Assembly (NCBI GenBank): GCA_002269645.1 | Contig: NIVC01002217.1 | Location: 99,908 to 163,907 of the forward strand | Direction: 5' to 3' | Length of the DNA stretch: 64,000 nucleotides | Origin: Macrostomum lignano | Taxonomy: Eukaryota | Notes under the pieces: model-generated | Database searches by the model: none | What the model was told of the DNA's origin: nothing | What the model saw: only the letters and a program-made list of their open reading frames with translations | Shown here: positions 1-12,900 of the stretch, one piece after another | Position numbering within the stretch: the stretch's first letter is position 1 | Layout: every line of letters begins with the position of its first letter | Made by a program: the position numbers and the translations under genes

Positions 1-3000
1 TCGCCGCCCTATTCGCCGGCTCCGTTTACCTGCCCCTGCCATCCGGACGCCATGCCGTCCGCACCCGCCGGCGGCATGTTCGACTGGCTGGCCTTCACGC
101 TGCGAATGCGACTGCCGGCTGACGGCGACCCCATCCAGACGGTCAGGTAAGAGACCGCCGTATGAACCCTCTCTTCTACCCCCCCCCCCTGCATGACCGT
201 CTCTTCTACCCCCCGCACCCGCCGGCGGCATGTTCGACTGGCTGGCCTTCACGCTGCGAATGCGACTGCCGGCTGACGGCGACCCCATCCAGACGGTCAG
301 GTAAGAGACCGCCGTATGAACCCTCTCTTCTACCCCCCCCCCTGCATGACCGTCTCTTCTACCCCCCGCATGACCGTCTCTTCTACCCCCCCCCTGCATG
401 ACCGTCTCTTCTACCCCCCCTGCATGACCGTCTCTTCTACCCCCTGCATGACCGTCTCTTCTACCCCCCCCCTGCATGACCGTCTCTTCTACCCCCCCCT
501 GCATGACCGTCTCTTCTACCTCCCCTGCATGACCGTCTCTTCTACCCCCCCCTGCTTGACCGTCTCTTCTACCCCCCTGCATGACCGTCTCTTCTACCCC
601 CCCCCTGCATGACCGTCTCTTCTACCCCCCCCTGCATGACCGTCTCTTCTACCCCCCCCCCTGCATGACCGTCTCTTCTACCCCCCCCCTGCATGACCGT
701 CTCTTCTACCCCCCCTGCTTGACCGTCTCTTCTACCCCCCCCCCCCCTGCATGACCGTCTCTTCTACCCCCCCTGCTTGACCGTCTCTTCTACCTCCCCC
801 CCTGCATGACCGTCTCTTCTACCCCCCCCCCTGCATGACCGTCTCTTCTACCCCCCCCCTGCATGACCGTCTCTTCTACCCCCCCTGCATGACCGTCTCT
901 TCTACCCCCCTGCATGACCGTCTCTTCTACCCCCCCCTGCATGACCGTCTCTTCTACCCCCCTCCCGCATGACCGTCTCTTCTACCCCCCCCCTGCATGA
1001 CCGACTCTCCTACCCCTCGCATGACCGTCTCTTTTACCCCCCCCCCTGCATGATCGTCTCTTCTACCCCCCCCTCCCGCATGACCGTCTCTTCTACCCCC
1101 GCATGACCGTCTCTCTTGTACCCCCATAGAGATCTATATAGCTGTATTTGATGAAGATTTCGACTATCTATCTTCTCTAACCCTCCAATTACTAACTTAC
1201 CCAACCGGCCTGTAACATTCGCAGGCTGCTGTCGGATCTGATGTTGGAAAGCGAAGAGCTGGTGCCAATTCACGTCACGGCCGCCTGGCTCTCTTCGGCA
1301 TCGAGTGCAAAAACATCGGCATGGGCTGCGGCGACATCGCGGCTGCACCCGGTCAACCGGCACGGCAACGCCGCCCTGCTGCTGGCGCTGAACAATGGCG
1401 AAGTTGACGATGCCAACAACAACAGCAGCAGCAGCAGAACTTCGAGTTGCTCTCGCACGGAGGAAGACGCCACTACATTCGACCGGTCCGCGGAGCAGTG
1501 GCGCCTGCTGCCGCCGAGCCGTCCGCTCCGCTGCTGGCAGCTGACCGGCTTGCCTACTGAAGCCGACCGGACGGAATTAGCCGTGGCTATTCGACGCGCT
1601 TTCCCTAGCCGAGTGGCCGACAACCTGTACATTGCCGGGCACGCCTCTTTGAACTGCCAGCTGGCCGTCCTGCGCCTGCCAGTCTCCATGTCTGCCAAGG
1701 TGGCCGAGTCCGCCGCCAGCCGCCTTTCCAAGGAGCTGCCCGGCCAGTCTGAGCTGCGCCTTCGCCAATGGTGCGGCAAACCGACTCGACTGGCCGACCT
1801 GCGGCCAACTCTGGCGCCGTTCTGCCCCGTGCCAGACGGTTGCGCGACTCGCTGCCAGTTCATCCTGGCCTGGAATCTGCACCGCCAATTGGCCACTGCC
1901 GAGGTGGCAGCCAGATTTCTGGATCGGTTCCCGCTGGTGAGATGCTTTCTGCTTTTGTTTTCGTTTTGTTTTATTGCCGCATGACCCCCCCCCAGTTTTC
2001 TCTAGAGGAGAGCAGCTGACCCCATTGACATCCCTTGGATGGCTCCACTATTGTAGTTAAGCAATAAGTAACCCTAATTCTTCAAACCCAATTTCTAAAC
2101 CCTACCTAAATCCCATCCGAAACCCCATCCTAAACTTTATCCTAAACTCTATCCTAAACCCCATCTTAAACCCCAGTTCCTGAACCCCATCCTAAACCCT
2201 ACCTGAACCATCCTAAACGTTATCACAAACCCCATCTTAAACCACATCTTAAAACCATCCTAAACCCCATCCTAAACCTCATCCTAAACCCCATCTTAAA
2301 CCCCAGTTCCACCCCAGTTCCTAAACCCCATCCTAAACCTTACCTAAACGCCATCCTAAACCTTACCTAAACCCGATCCTAAACCTTACCTAAACGCCAT
2401 CCTAAACCTTACCTAAACCCCATCCTAAACCTTACCTAAACCCCATCCTAAACCTTATCCTAAACCCCATCTTTAACCTTACCTAAACCCCATCCTAAAC
2501 CTTACCTAAACCCCATCCTAAACCTTACCCTAACCCCATCCTAAACCTTACCTAAACCCCATCCTAAACCTTACCTAAACCCCATCCTAAACCTTACCTA
2601 AACCCCATCCTAAACCTTACCTAAACCCCATCCTAAACCTTATCCTAAACCCCATCTTTAACCCCAATTCCTAAACTCTAACCAGTCGATTGCCGTGCTC
2701 CCCGCATGCTCTCTCCCTCAACTTGCAGATTCGCAGCGTTTTCGCTCCAACTGCGCCAGCCAGTTTGGCCAATGGCGCTAACAATCTCGGCTATTGCGTT
2801 CTGCGCTTTGATCGGCCGCGCGACTGCGCCAGAGCCCTGGCCGCTCTGCGCTCCCTGTCCGCAGCCGACCTGGCCAATCTCTGCTGCCCGGCCGGGCCGG
2901 CCTATTTCACCCTGTGCGAATGGACGACATCTGCTGCCTGCCGCCGTTTCAGTTCCCCTGTCACAATCTGCTGCCTTGGCACGGCCGCCGCTTCCCCGAG

Positions 3001-3760
3001 CACGTGAGCTGAGCTGTCTGCGTCTGTCTGCTTTTTTATTACCTGGCGCTCTCTGGCTTGCCTACTTGTCTCATTTGCTCCTTATCTTTTGTACGAATAC
3101 TTAGTTTGACATGCATGCCACCTTGAGAATCGCCTCTGACACTCACAGTGCCTTGAGAATCGCCTTTGACACTCACAGTACCTTGAGAATCATCGCTTTA
3201 ATCATCTACAAACTTTTGAAAATCGCCTTTGACGCCCGTCTCCCCCTTGAGAATCGCCTTTGACGCCCGTCTCCCCCTTGAGAATCGCCTTTGACGCCCG
3301 TCTCCCCCTTGAGAATCGCCTTTGACGCCCGTCTCCCCCTTGAGAATCGCCTTTGACGCCCGTCTCCCCTTGAGAATCGCCTTGACGCCCGTCTCCCCTT
3401 GAGAATCGCCTTTGACGCCCGTCTCCCCTTGAGAATCGCATAAGAGGCGAAGTGCATAAGCCCTGAAACATACGAGTAAAATGCGAACTCTTGCCGAACA
3501 GCCGCGCACCAACCAACCCGTGTCCGCAGGCCCGCGCCCTCTGCCTGGAGTCCTGGCAGCGGCCCTTCCGCTGCATCTGCCACCCGAACGCGGCCTCATA
3601 TTCGCCGGCATCTGTAGATCAGCTGATCCGGCTTAGCCGCCTAATCCGCATCGCTGGCTCCCCTAGCAACAGCGCCTGCAGTCCGGAGGGCCTGCGCGAC
3701 TCGCTGTCCGAGCTGCTCGAAGCTGCCGAGTCTGACTTGGCCGAGTCCAGCCAGCAGTAG
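1..3760 (+). CDS. 5'-partial multi-exon gene, uncharacterised protein with degenerate RRM-like domains
   Basis: Exons <1-146, 1225-1936, 2729-3003, 3502-3760 (stop TAG). All junctions are GT-AG and phase-consistent (gtc ag|g ctg; ctg|att; ac|c cgc). The spliced segment FILAWNLHRQLATAEVAARFLDRFPL|IRSVFAPT...NLGYCVLRFDRPRDCARALAAL resembles an RNP2/RNP1 RRM (inference). Confidence 0.7.
162..1108. repeat. C-rich minisatellite, ~25-28 bp unit (ctgcatgaccgtctcttctac + variable C run), gene 1 intron
   Basis: Directly visible tandem units; unit length varies with the C homopolymer. Confidence 0.95.
2085..2680. repeat. 23-bp minisatellite (cctaaaccttacctaaaccccat), telomere-like cctaaa core
   Basis: Period 23 measured at 2401/2424; degenerate at the 5' end. 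Confidence 0.9.
3120..3440. repeat. ~31-bp minisatellite (ccttgagaatcgcctttgacgcccgtctccc)
   Basis: Period 31 at 3245/3276; lies inside intron 3004-3501. Confidence 0.92.
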
Positions 3761-4580
3761 CGTTTAGAGACGCTATATAACAATTCCGAATGTTTGCAAA
3801 TATCCGAATACGAAAATCAAAAAAAGTTTTATGACCGCAGATGCAGAATGAGTGCTAATTACGTATTTATATAAAATTAGTTTGTTGGTCTTCCTTTTGT
3901 CTATTCTATGAATCATATGTAGGAAATACTACGAGTAATAAGTACGCAGATAATAAAGATTATTTTATCAATCGCATGTTTTACTATTTAGTCTTTTAAA
4001 ATGCGTTTCATCCGTATGGCTAATACTGATCTCTCGCTTGCAGAGCTTAAAACTTCTTCTGCATTAATAAAGGTTGCATTTTCTGTTATTTTTTGTTTTG
4101 ATTTTTTCGCACGTGCTCAAAGTTTGTCAGGCTATTTTGCTATTTCTGTGTTTTTGTTTATTAATTGTTATGCCTAGACTAATTTTAATAGGCTTATAAT
4201 AATTGCAGCGCATTTTAGGTAAGCTAACAGGTCAGCATCTGTCAGAAGAATCTAATAAAAAATACTACCGCATGTGCATTGACATAAATCACTTTATCGG
4301 CTTGACTTTGTGTAACCAAGCCTGTCTTTATGCTTTTTCGTTTGTTGTTCAAGCATATTCCGAGTAGTTTATGTACATGTACTTTCTCTTTCTTTAAAAA
4401 ATATAAATTTTTAAACTTAAAAAAGTATATTAGTGTTTCTCATCTTATCCTTTTATACTACCAATTACCAGTTCGTATTTGCTCTTTTGTCTTTTCTTTT
4501 TGGTGAAAGAGGGATTACATGGTCAAATAGATTAATTAGTGAGCGCGCAAACATTTTCAGTGTCAATCATCCCTGTTAAA

Positions 4581-4784
4581 AAACGAAAGCGACTATCATT
4601 AGTCTTTGGTCTTAAACAGACCGTAAGCCAGTGCGGCAGCAGTCGGCTCGTTCATGATCGCAGCACGTTCAGTCCGGCAATCACCCGACATCTTTTGTTG
4701 CCTGTTGCTGACTGCCATTGAAGAGGCCGGCACCGTGATCAGAATTTGTTTAAGACCGAAGACTAATGATAGTCGCTCTCGTTT
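4581..4784. other. Inverted repeat, 38-bp arms (36/38 match), MITE-like or hairpin element
   Basis: 4581-4618 aaacgaaagcgactatcattagtctttggtcttaaaca is the reverse complement of 4747-4784 with 2 mismatches. Confidence 0.75.
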
Positions 4785-6998
4785 AGCTCGTAAAATCGTT
4801 TCTCAAATGAAAAACCATAGTTTTGTTTTTTTTATTTTAAAGCACGCTATATTTTCGAAACATTGTCCATCTCTATAGATTTTAATTCGTTGAAATTAAA
4901 ACGAATTTCAACGAATCTTTGCATACTTTGCATAATTTGCATACAAATCTTTTTATGCTGTATACGACCAAATAATTATAAATAAAGCAGCTAAAGTAGA
5001 TTTTCCTCTATTGTACAGCAACGCTTTAAGGCTTGCTTTAGGAGTACTTTTATTACGTACGTATTGCGGCAATGCCGTATATTTTGTTAGTTTGCTTTAA
5101 ATTAAGCAAGCACATTTGACTTCGAACAAATAGACTATTTTTCTCCCGCGGCCCATCTATCCGTAATGTAGCGCTACATTACATTAGATTAGGCATTATG
5201 CCCTGGCCAGCACCATTCTATTCCTTACTCTGTCCCTCCTTATTTCATTACCTACACTGCAGGAATCTTAATTTTCAGCAATCCTTTTCTCTTTTCATAC
5301 CTTAATCGCTTTAGACCTATCCAGTATATTTGAGTTGTTGTTGTTTAACGATTTTATAACAGAGGGCAGAGGCATACATCACATGTAGAGTACTCCATTA
5401 AATGTATTTGGTATTTTACCCTATGCAACTTAATATCTTAGTAACTACTTTTTCAGTACTGGCTACTTTTGTAGTATTTGATTATTTTTCCCCACAAGGC
5501 CACAATACCTCTATTGGCTCTAACTCTTGTCTGTATATATGTAGTATCAGTATGTTATAATACTATACCTTACTATTTTGTCATTTATATACATTTAACT
5601 TCCTTTATTTTTTCTTTAGGTTTTATATTTATTTAGTTTCATTATTAGACTTTGTAAAAATGTATCTATTACTAAATCATTGTTTACAATGATTAATCAG
5701 CTTTGATGTTTTTTATAAACTTATATTTAGGCTTATGGCTATATTTAGCCATTTAGGCCCAAATATTTTTAGGACTAATTTAGAACTAATTTTATTTTTA
5801 GCTTATTATAAAATTCAAAGCCATGCTATATAATATAGAATAAAAGTTTTCATTTTAAATTTAAGGTTGATTAATTTATTAATGATAATAAGAAGCAATT
5901 TTAGGCTAGGCTTAGCAAAGAATAGATTTAAGATAGCTTTAGTATAAGAGATTATTAAATGTATACAAATTTTATTAGTAGATTTAATTTCTATATTATT
6001 GTCTCTATATATTGTAAAATATATTAATTCTCTAGAGCTAGGCATACTTTTTAAGCAAAAAGTGTTGAATAGAAGAATAGAGACTAAATTAAATAGCTTT
6101 TTTACAAAGCATATATTTGCCATTTATATGCTTAAAGCAATATGTAAGTAAATATGATTTTTTACTTTTAAAAAAATGTAATATTATCATCAGTATCTGA
6201 TTCTAATACTATTGTATTAAGCAATTATGATTATATGGGAAGAGACAGAAAAGGCAATACCCCCTCTTTTCCATGGTTGAACTTGCATATAAGGGGGGTA
6301 TTCTAATTTTGATCTTTTTAGGCCAACCCAAAAAGTTGGGCCAATCTGCCTCCTTTCTACTACTTTAAAAATCTTGGGCCCACCATAGGGCATATATATT
6401 AATTTATATTTTTATGCTATGCCTAAATAAATGAAAATTATTTTTTCCATTTTATTTAAAATAAATTTAGATCGAAGGCTTGTTTAAGAAATAGCTTTAA
6501 AAATATCTATACATATAGTTTATTAGTTAAAAGATATATATTAGGTAATTTTTTTTGTTTACAAAATTTCCTAAAGAGGCTAGGCCTAGGGCATTTTATT
6601 TTTTGAATAAATATTACAAACATGCTTTTTTCACCCCTAAAATTATACTTCAAAAAGGATAATATCTTTCTTGATGACCAAACTTATTACTAAGATATTA
6701 AAGAGTAATTAGGATAATGTTTTACTGATTTATTTTTATGTAAGTAATTTATTTAAATTTTTAGTAATTGCTCTAAAATGAGTCAAGCATTGTGTAGTTT
6801 AACTTTTAAACATTACTTGAAATAAAAAGGCATATAAGCTGACTGGATGTGAGACAATAATTAAGTTTTTTGTATAAAAAAATTATAAAACTGATTAGTT
6901 CTCTTCGCTCTTCCTCCCCTCTGCCCTGTCTAAGTCCAAACTGCCAGGTGCAGCCCTGACCCATCGAAATTCTTATCCAGCCAGCCAGTCAGCAAGCC

Positions 6999-9900
6999 AT
7001 GCACTCGTCAAGTTGCTCCAACATTTGGCGGCCACTGCTGCTTCTCCATCTGCTGCTCGCAGTCCTGACCGCACCATCTGGCGCCGACTCGCATTCGGGC
7101 CGTGGCGACGTCTCCCAGAGGCCGGAGTTCATGTCGGCGCACTACCAGCGCACCCGGCAGCTGCAGGACGAGTTCCGGCTGTCATTCGACTGCGAAGCCC
7201 TGGCGAAGCCGCACGTCTATGACGTCGATCCGCCGCCGCGCACCTCGTCGCCGGCAGTGCAGCCGGCGGGCTCGGACCGGCTCAGCTGGCTGCGCAGGAA
7301 GCAGGCGGAGACGCACATCCTGTCTAGCGATGCCGCCGCCCTGCTGGCCGTGGCCGTGTCGCCGCCCTGCACGCGGGCCCGTCTGATCTCGCCGACTGTT
7401 GCATCCTCAGCCGCTGCCGCCGCCGAGCCGACAGTTGCCCTCGCCGATGTGAAAGCCTGCGGCCTGGTTGCTTCTATCCAAGCCGTCCGCCGCCTGCTGC
7501 CCGACCTCGGCCTGCTGTTGGTGTTCAACGCGCCGGCCGGCAGCGCCAGGTCCTACGAAGAGGATGCCGCTGCCTCCTCAACCGCTGCTCGGCCGGCGGC
7601 CACCCCGGCAGGCGCCATCATCAGCCAGGCGCACCCACCGCCACCGCCGCCGCCGCGCCGCCCGCAGCTTCCGGTTGTCCTGTACGAGCCGGCCGACCTG
7701 GCCGCCCGCCTGCTCGACGAGCTGCAGAGATCCAATCGGAGCTGCAAAATTGGCTATTCGTTCAGATCTGTAGCGCCGGATGGCCTCATCAATAAGACCT
7801 CCGTGCTGTTCGTGTCCGTGTCCTTCATCCTGCTGATGGTGATCAGCCTGTCCTGGCTGATCTTCTATTATGTGCAACGGTTCCGCTATCTGCACGCCAA
7901 GGAGCGGCTGTCGGTTAGTTGCTAGGCTGCGGATAGGCGTTGTTCTGTCCTCTAAGCACGGCTTCTGCGATGCAAATTCCTATTGTTTGCACTGTGCTCG
8001 GATAGGGTCATCTCAAAATTAGTTAGTTAGCCAGTCACTCAGTCAGTCAGTCAGTCAGCCAGTCAGTCAGTCAGTCAGTCAGCCAGTCAGTCAGTCAGTC
8101 AGTCAGCCAGTCAGTCAGTCACTCAGTCAGTCAGTCAGCCAGTCAGCCAGTCAGTCAGTCAGTCAGTCAGTCAGTCAGTCAGTCAGCCAGTCAGTCAGCC
8201 AGTCAGTCAGTCAGTCAGTCAGTCAGTCAGTCAGCCAGTCAGTCGTCAGTCAGTCGTCAGTCAGTCAGTCAGTCAGCCAGTCAGTCAGTCAGTTCGCAGG
8301 GCTTTGGGGACTGCCACAAGTCACTGCAACAGCTGACTCGCAACCAGCGAAGAGGCCGATCCGCTGACCCCTGAACACCCACACGGATATGTACACAGGC
8401 GCACACTTACACAGGGTTATCATTCATTAAATTTTCGGTTCTCAGGCAGGTATTCCATGGGATGCCAATGATTCCCATAACTGCTCCTCACCGTCCACAG
8501 ATTGGAATTCCAGGCTGTTTCAAGTCAATGACCGTATATTACTACGGTACATTGTGCATGTGTATTTCGCTCAACTGGATAATAGTTTATTCTGCCTCAA
8601 GAGGAAAAGATATATCAATACGATTGAGTACATAGCTTCCCTTTTTTCTTATAAATTGTTGTTTCTGGCATTTCAGCGCCGACCCCCCCCCTATTGACCC
8701 CCGGCTCGCACTCTCCCTCCTCCCCGAATTTCAGCGTCGGCTGGGTACCGCGGCGAAGAAGGCGCTGACAAAAATCCCCGTCAAGGTGCTCAAGACTGGC
8801 GACAAGGTGAGTTTTGTAGCTTAATGCTATCAATATTTTTCATTTTGCTTACTTGCCGATATGTAGCGCTAAAAAATTATAAGGCAATATTTTCTGAGTG
8901 ATTTTATGCAGCAGCCCGTAGCATATAAGTATCTTCAATATTGACAGTCTTGCCGATATGTAGCGTAGAGCGCTTTTTACAGAGAAAACAAGGGTGCTAG
9001 TCTCAAAGTTGATTGAGTAACTTTGTAGCGCAAACAAACTCTTTTGAAGGTATACGATAGATAGATAGATAAATAAATCTTATTAAGAGCCTGGAGATTT
9101 TTATAGGCTTTAATTTCTCCTGTTCAAACGGCCTCATTATTTATGTTTCTTTTAATTAAAATCGAGCAAAAGCAGCTTCAGTTCTTTGGCTTCTAAAAGA
9201 GCACACGAAAGAAATTATTTTGGAACACGGGTTAATAAGTCCTGCTAAAGATAAACCGTCCGTTAGTCCGTAATCTTCTAAGCCACCCCAATTTTCATTG
9301 ATTTTTTCATCATATTTTCGTCTAGAAGAAAAAAAGCAGAAAGACTTGGAGATTTTCTGCTTGCGCTCAGGTACAGGAAATTCGGCTTCATCTCCTGTTG
9401 TCTTTCATCTCATCGACGGACTTTTTTGCCAACTGAAAAGGTCGGGCAGCTGAAGGGCTTAAGCTTGACGAGAGTGGCAGAGTGAGCTTGGATGAGCAGG
9501 GACAGACACTGGCGCATTATTCTGCAACTAACGCCTTTCTATGCTTTAATTAACTAGAGGCTTACCTTTATGAGAGAGCTAGGAGTAGATGGAGAGAGAG
9601 AAGGCCTATGTGAGTCTGCAGCGGCTCGCATTTCTGGGACTCTGAGAGGAGAGGCGGACTTCTTCCTTCTTGTTCTGTCCTTATACTCGTACTGTAATCC
9701 TTCATTCGTGCGCAACAGCAGCTGAAAGGCGGGGCAGAGAGAGGCTGCGGCTGCTAAGCCGCTATTCCGGCTTTTAATTACGCGGATCTGCTCAAACAGA
9801 GCTAAACAGATAGTGCGGTGCGAGGTTCGAATTTTTTCAATCGGACTAGTAGGAATTATGGGGAATTTTCTTTTGACGGGAAAGTCGACAAATTGTTGGA

Positions 9901-12900
9901 ATTCCTTGATGTTCTGAGCCTTAATCGGGGATCCCTGCGCGCTACCTTTAAAGACTTGAATTTTGTTTTAAAAAATACCTCCCACCTCCAAAAATGCTTC
10001 GCTTTGCCAGGATTTCGACTGGATTGGGGATCAGTGCGCCGTTTGCATTGAGCCCTACAGGTGCGGCGAGTCGGTTCGAATCCTGCCCTGCAGGTGAGCT
10101 GGATTGTCTTTGAGATTTTGAGATCTGTTGGCAATGTGATTTTGAGATCTGTTGGCAATGAGATTTTGAGATCTGTTGGCAATGAGATTTTGAGATCTGT
10201 TGGCAATGAGATTTTGAGATCTGTTGGCAATGTGATTTTGGGATCTGTTGGTAATGAGATTTTGAGATCTGTTGGCAATGAGATTTTGAGATCTGTTGGC
10301 AATTAGATTTGAAAGGCCGATCTATATGCGGAAGCGACAAGAACCCTAACAATACTCCACCCCCAACCCACCCAGGCATTTCTATCACAAGTCCTGCATC
10401 GATCCGTGGCTGCTGGACCAGCGCTCCTGTCCGCTGTGCAAGCTGGACATTCTGAAGGCCTGCGGCCTGCACATTCACCGCGGCTCCCAGGCCTCGCTGC
10501 TCGATGCCCACCTGCTGGCTGAGCACTCGCACCACTCTCACGCGGCTGCCAACCCGGCCGGCGCCACCGTGCCCAGCGGCGTGTCGGCCTCCGCTGCCGC
10601 GTCCGTTGCCGGCAGCGTCCAAGTGCCGACGCTCCTGATTCAGGCCGGCAGCGGCGGCAGGGACTCGGCTGAAGCTTCGCCTTCTAACAGCCACTCGGAC
10701 GAGGGTGGCGTGCAGGTCAGTTTTGCAGTTTTGCATCCCGATATGTATCGAAAGTTGCATTCCAGTGAGGGGCTTATTTTAGCCCTAAATGTATGCTTCA
10801 TGATATTATGCGACTCTCCCGATATGTATCGAAAAATACTTTTACAGTAAAAACCTATTTTGGTTATACGCTTTAAGCTGCTTAGGCCTTATTCCTATAT
10901 GTATCGAAAAGATGCATAAGAGGGTTGTAGCCTAGTGGTTAGAGCGTCGAACTCACGACTGGGAGGTCGGAGGTTCGATTCTCGGCCCACTCGGAAAAAT
11001 TTGTGTCTTTGAGCAGGACATTTAACTCTGCATTGCTTCAGTTCACCCAGCTGTAAAATGGGTGCCAGCATTAGCTGGGGTAATTGAGGGTGTGTGGCGA
11101 CCCCCCAGTCCTTGGACTGAACAGCCGTACGCAGCCTTCAGATGCGCCGCGCAATAGCTGCGGCTGAGCTGTCGGTTGCACATCTGCACATTGGGCAGGT
11201 GTACACAATTATTATTTATTTTATAGAAAGGAGCATTACAGACGGTTTATTCGGTTTTGCACTTTAAGCTACTAATGACCTGTCCCGACATGTATCGAAA
11301 GTAGCTTTTAATCATACATGTGATTCGGATAAATTGCTTTTGACCTGGAGTCAAGTAGTTTTTAGCGGCTGTTGGGTTGGTTAGTTTATTCAGCCTCCGA
11401 CCTGCCAGCCACGCCCAAAGCTCCTGAGCTGTGCTGCAAATTGAAATTGCAATTTTAGGCATGGGATTTCCCTCAACCCACAGGATTTTTTTCAATTTCC
11501 CTCCCTAGCCGGGATTGAAATGCTGCAGACTCTGCTTTCGGCTGTCCGGGTTAGTTGCTAGGGGAGAGGAACTCTTTTTCAATTCTGATTGAGCAGCGAT
11601 GAGGAAGCATTGAGCAAACGAGAAATGCAGACACTGAAGTATGGAATCTGGGGGCGGCTCAGGCATAGAAATTATACCTATGGCAAAGATATTTTTTTTT
11701 TCAGATGCAGCTCGGCTCGCTTGCTGTGCGTGATGAGCGCCTTCGCCCGTTTTCCTCCTCTCCCTCTCTCTCCCTCTGTCTCCGTGGACCTCTAAAACAA
11801 GCCATCTGGAATGATGGGGAAGGTGACGAAGCGAAAAACCACCCCTCTAATTTTAATAAATCCGGCTGCTGTCTATGAAAATTTAATGACGAACCATCTG
11901 GATTGGCTGATTCTTGTGAATATTTAGGCCTTACTTAATTCTTTGTTATCATTTTTATAGGGCTATTTCTGGCGAATGAAATTGTGAACAAATCAATCAA
12001 TAAGAAAGTTACTTTCAATGAGCTGTTGTTGTTAGCATGGTCTCAAAATTTCTTCAGTTTTTTTGCACACGGATCAGACTGTTGCTCATGGATCAGACTG
12101 TTGCTCATGGATCAGACTGTTGCTCATGGATCAGACTGTTGCTCATGGATCAGACTGTTGCTCATGGATCAGACTGTTGCTCATGGATCAGACTGTTGCT
12201 CATGGATCAGACTGTTGCTCATGAATCAGACTGTTGCTCATGGATCAGACTGTTGCTCATGGATCAGACTGTTGCTCATGGATCAGACTGTTGCTCATGG
12301 ATCAGACTGTTGCTCATGAATCAGACTGTTGCTCATGGATCAGACTGTTGCTCATGAATCAGACTGTCGCTCATGGATCAGACTGTTGCTCATAAATCAG
12401 ACTGTTGCTCATGGATCAGACTGTTGCTCACGGATGAGACTGTTGCTCACGGATGCGTACGCATGACAAAGTCTCCCTGACTTTCTGTATTTAGCCTTAA
12501 TCAGCACCAGATTTTCTCCATCTAGTATTCCGTGATCGAGCTATCCACGCCCAGCCTGCACTGAGTAAGGTAAAAGAGCTAGTTAGCGTGGCGGGAAGGG
12601 TTCGAGTACACTATGCTGGGTTCATTCGGCTTGCTACTCACCGAACAAATCCTATTATATGCGGCTGGCTGATGATGACGCGGCGGGCTTGGGATTATTC
12701 TAAGGCAGGCAGCTGTGCTGGATCTGTCGGAGCTCCGGCTGGTTAACTGAGCAGAAATTGAGCCGCAGATTTCGAGTCGCCGGATGGGTGGATTCTGAGC
12801 AGCTGGCGCTACCAATTAGTCATATTAAATAGGGGGGTGACTGCTTTATAATAAGGCCTCGCGCTGAAGCACGCCATCGTCGGGAGGGGGGCATGCGCAA

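Noticed and set aside
10922-10995. Apparent tRNA gene (A and B boxes, anticodon-like loop)
   Set aside because: Poor acceptor-stem pairing, and it continues into a body duplicated at 26225-26488; it is a SINE head.
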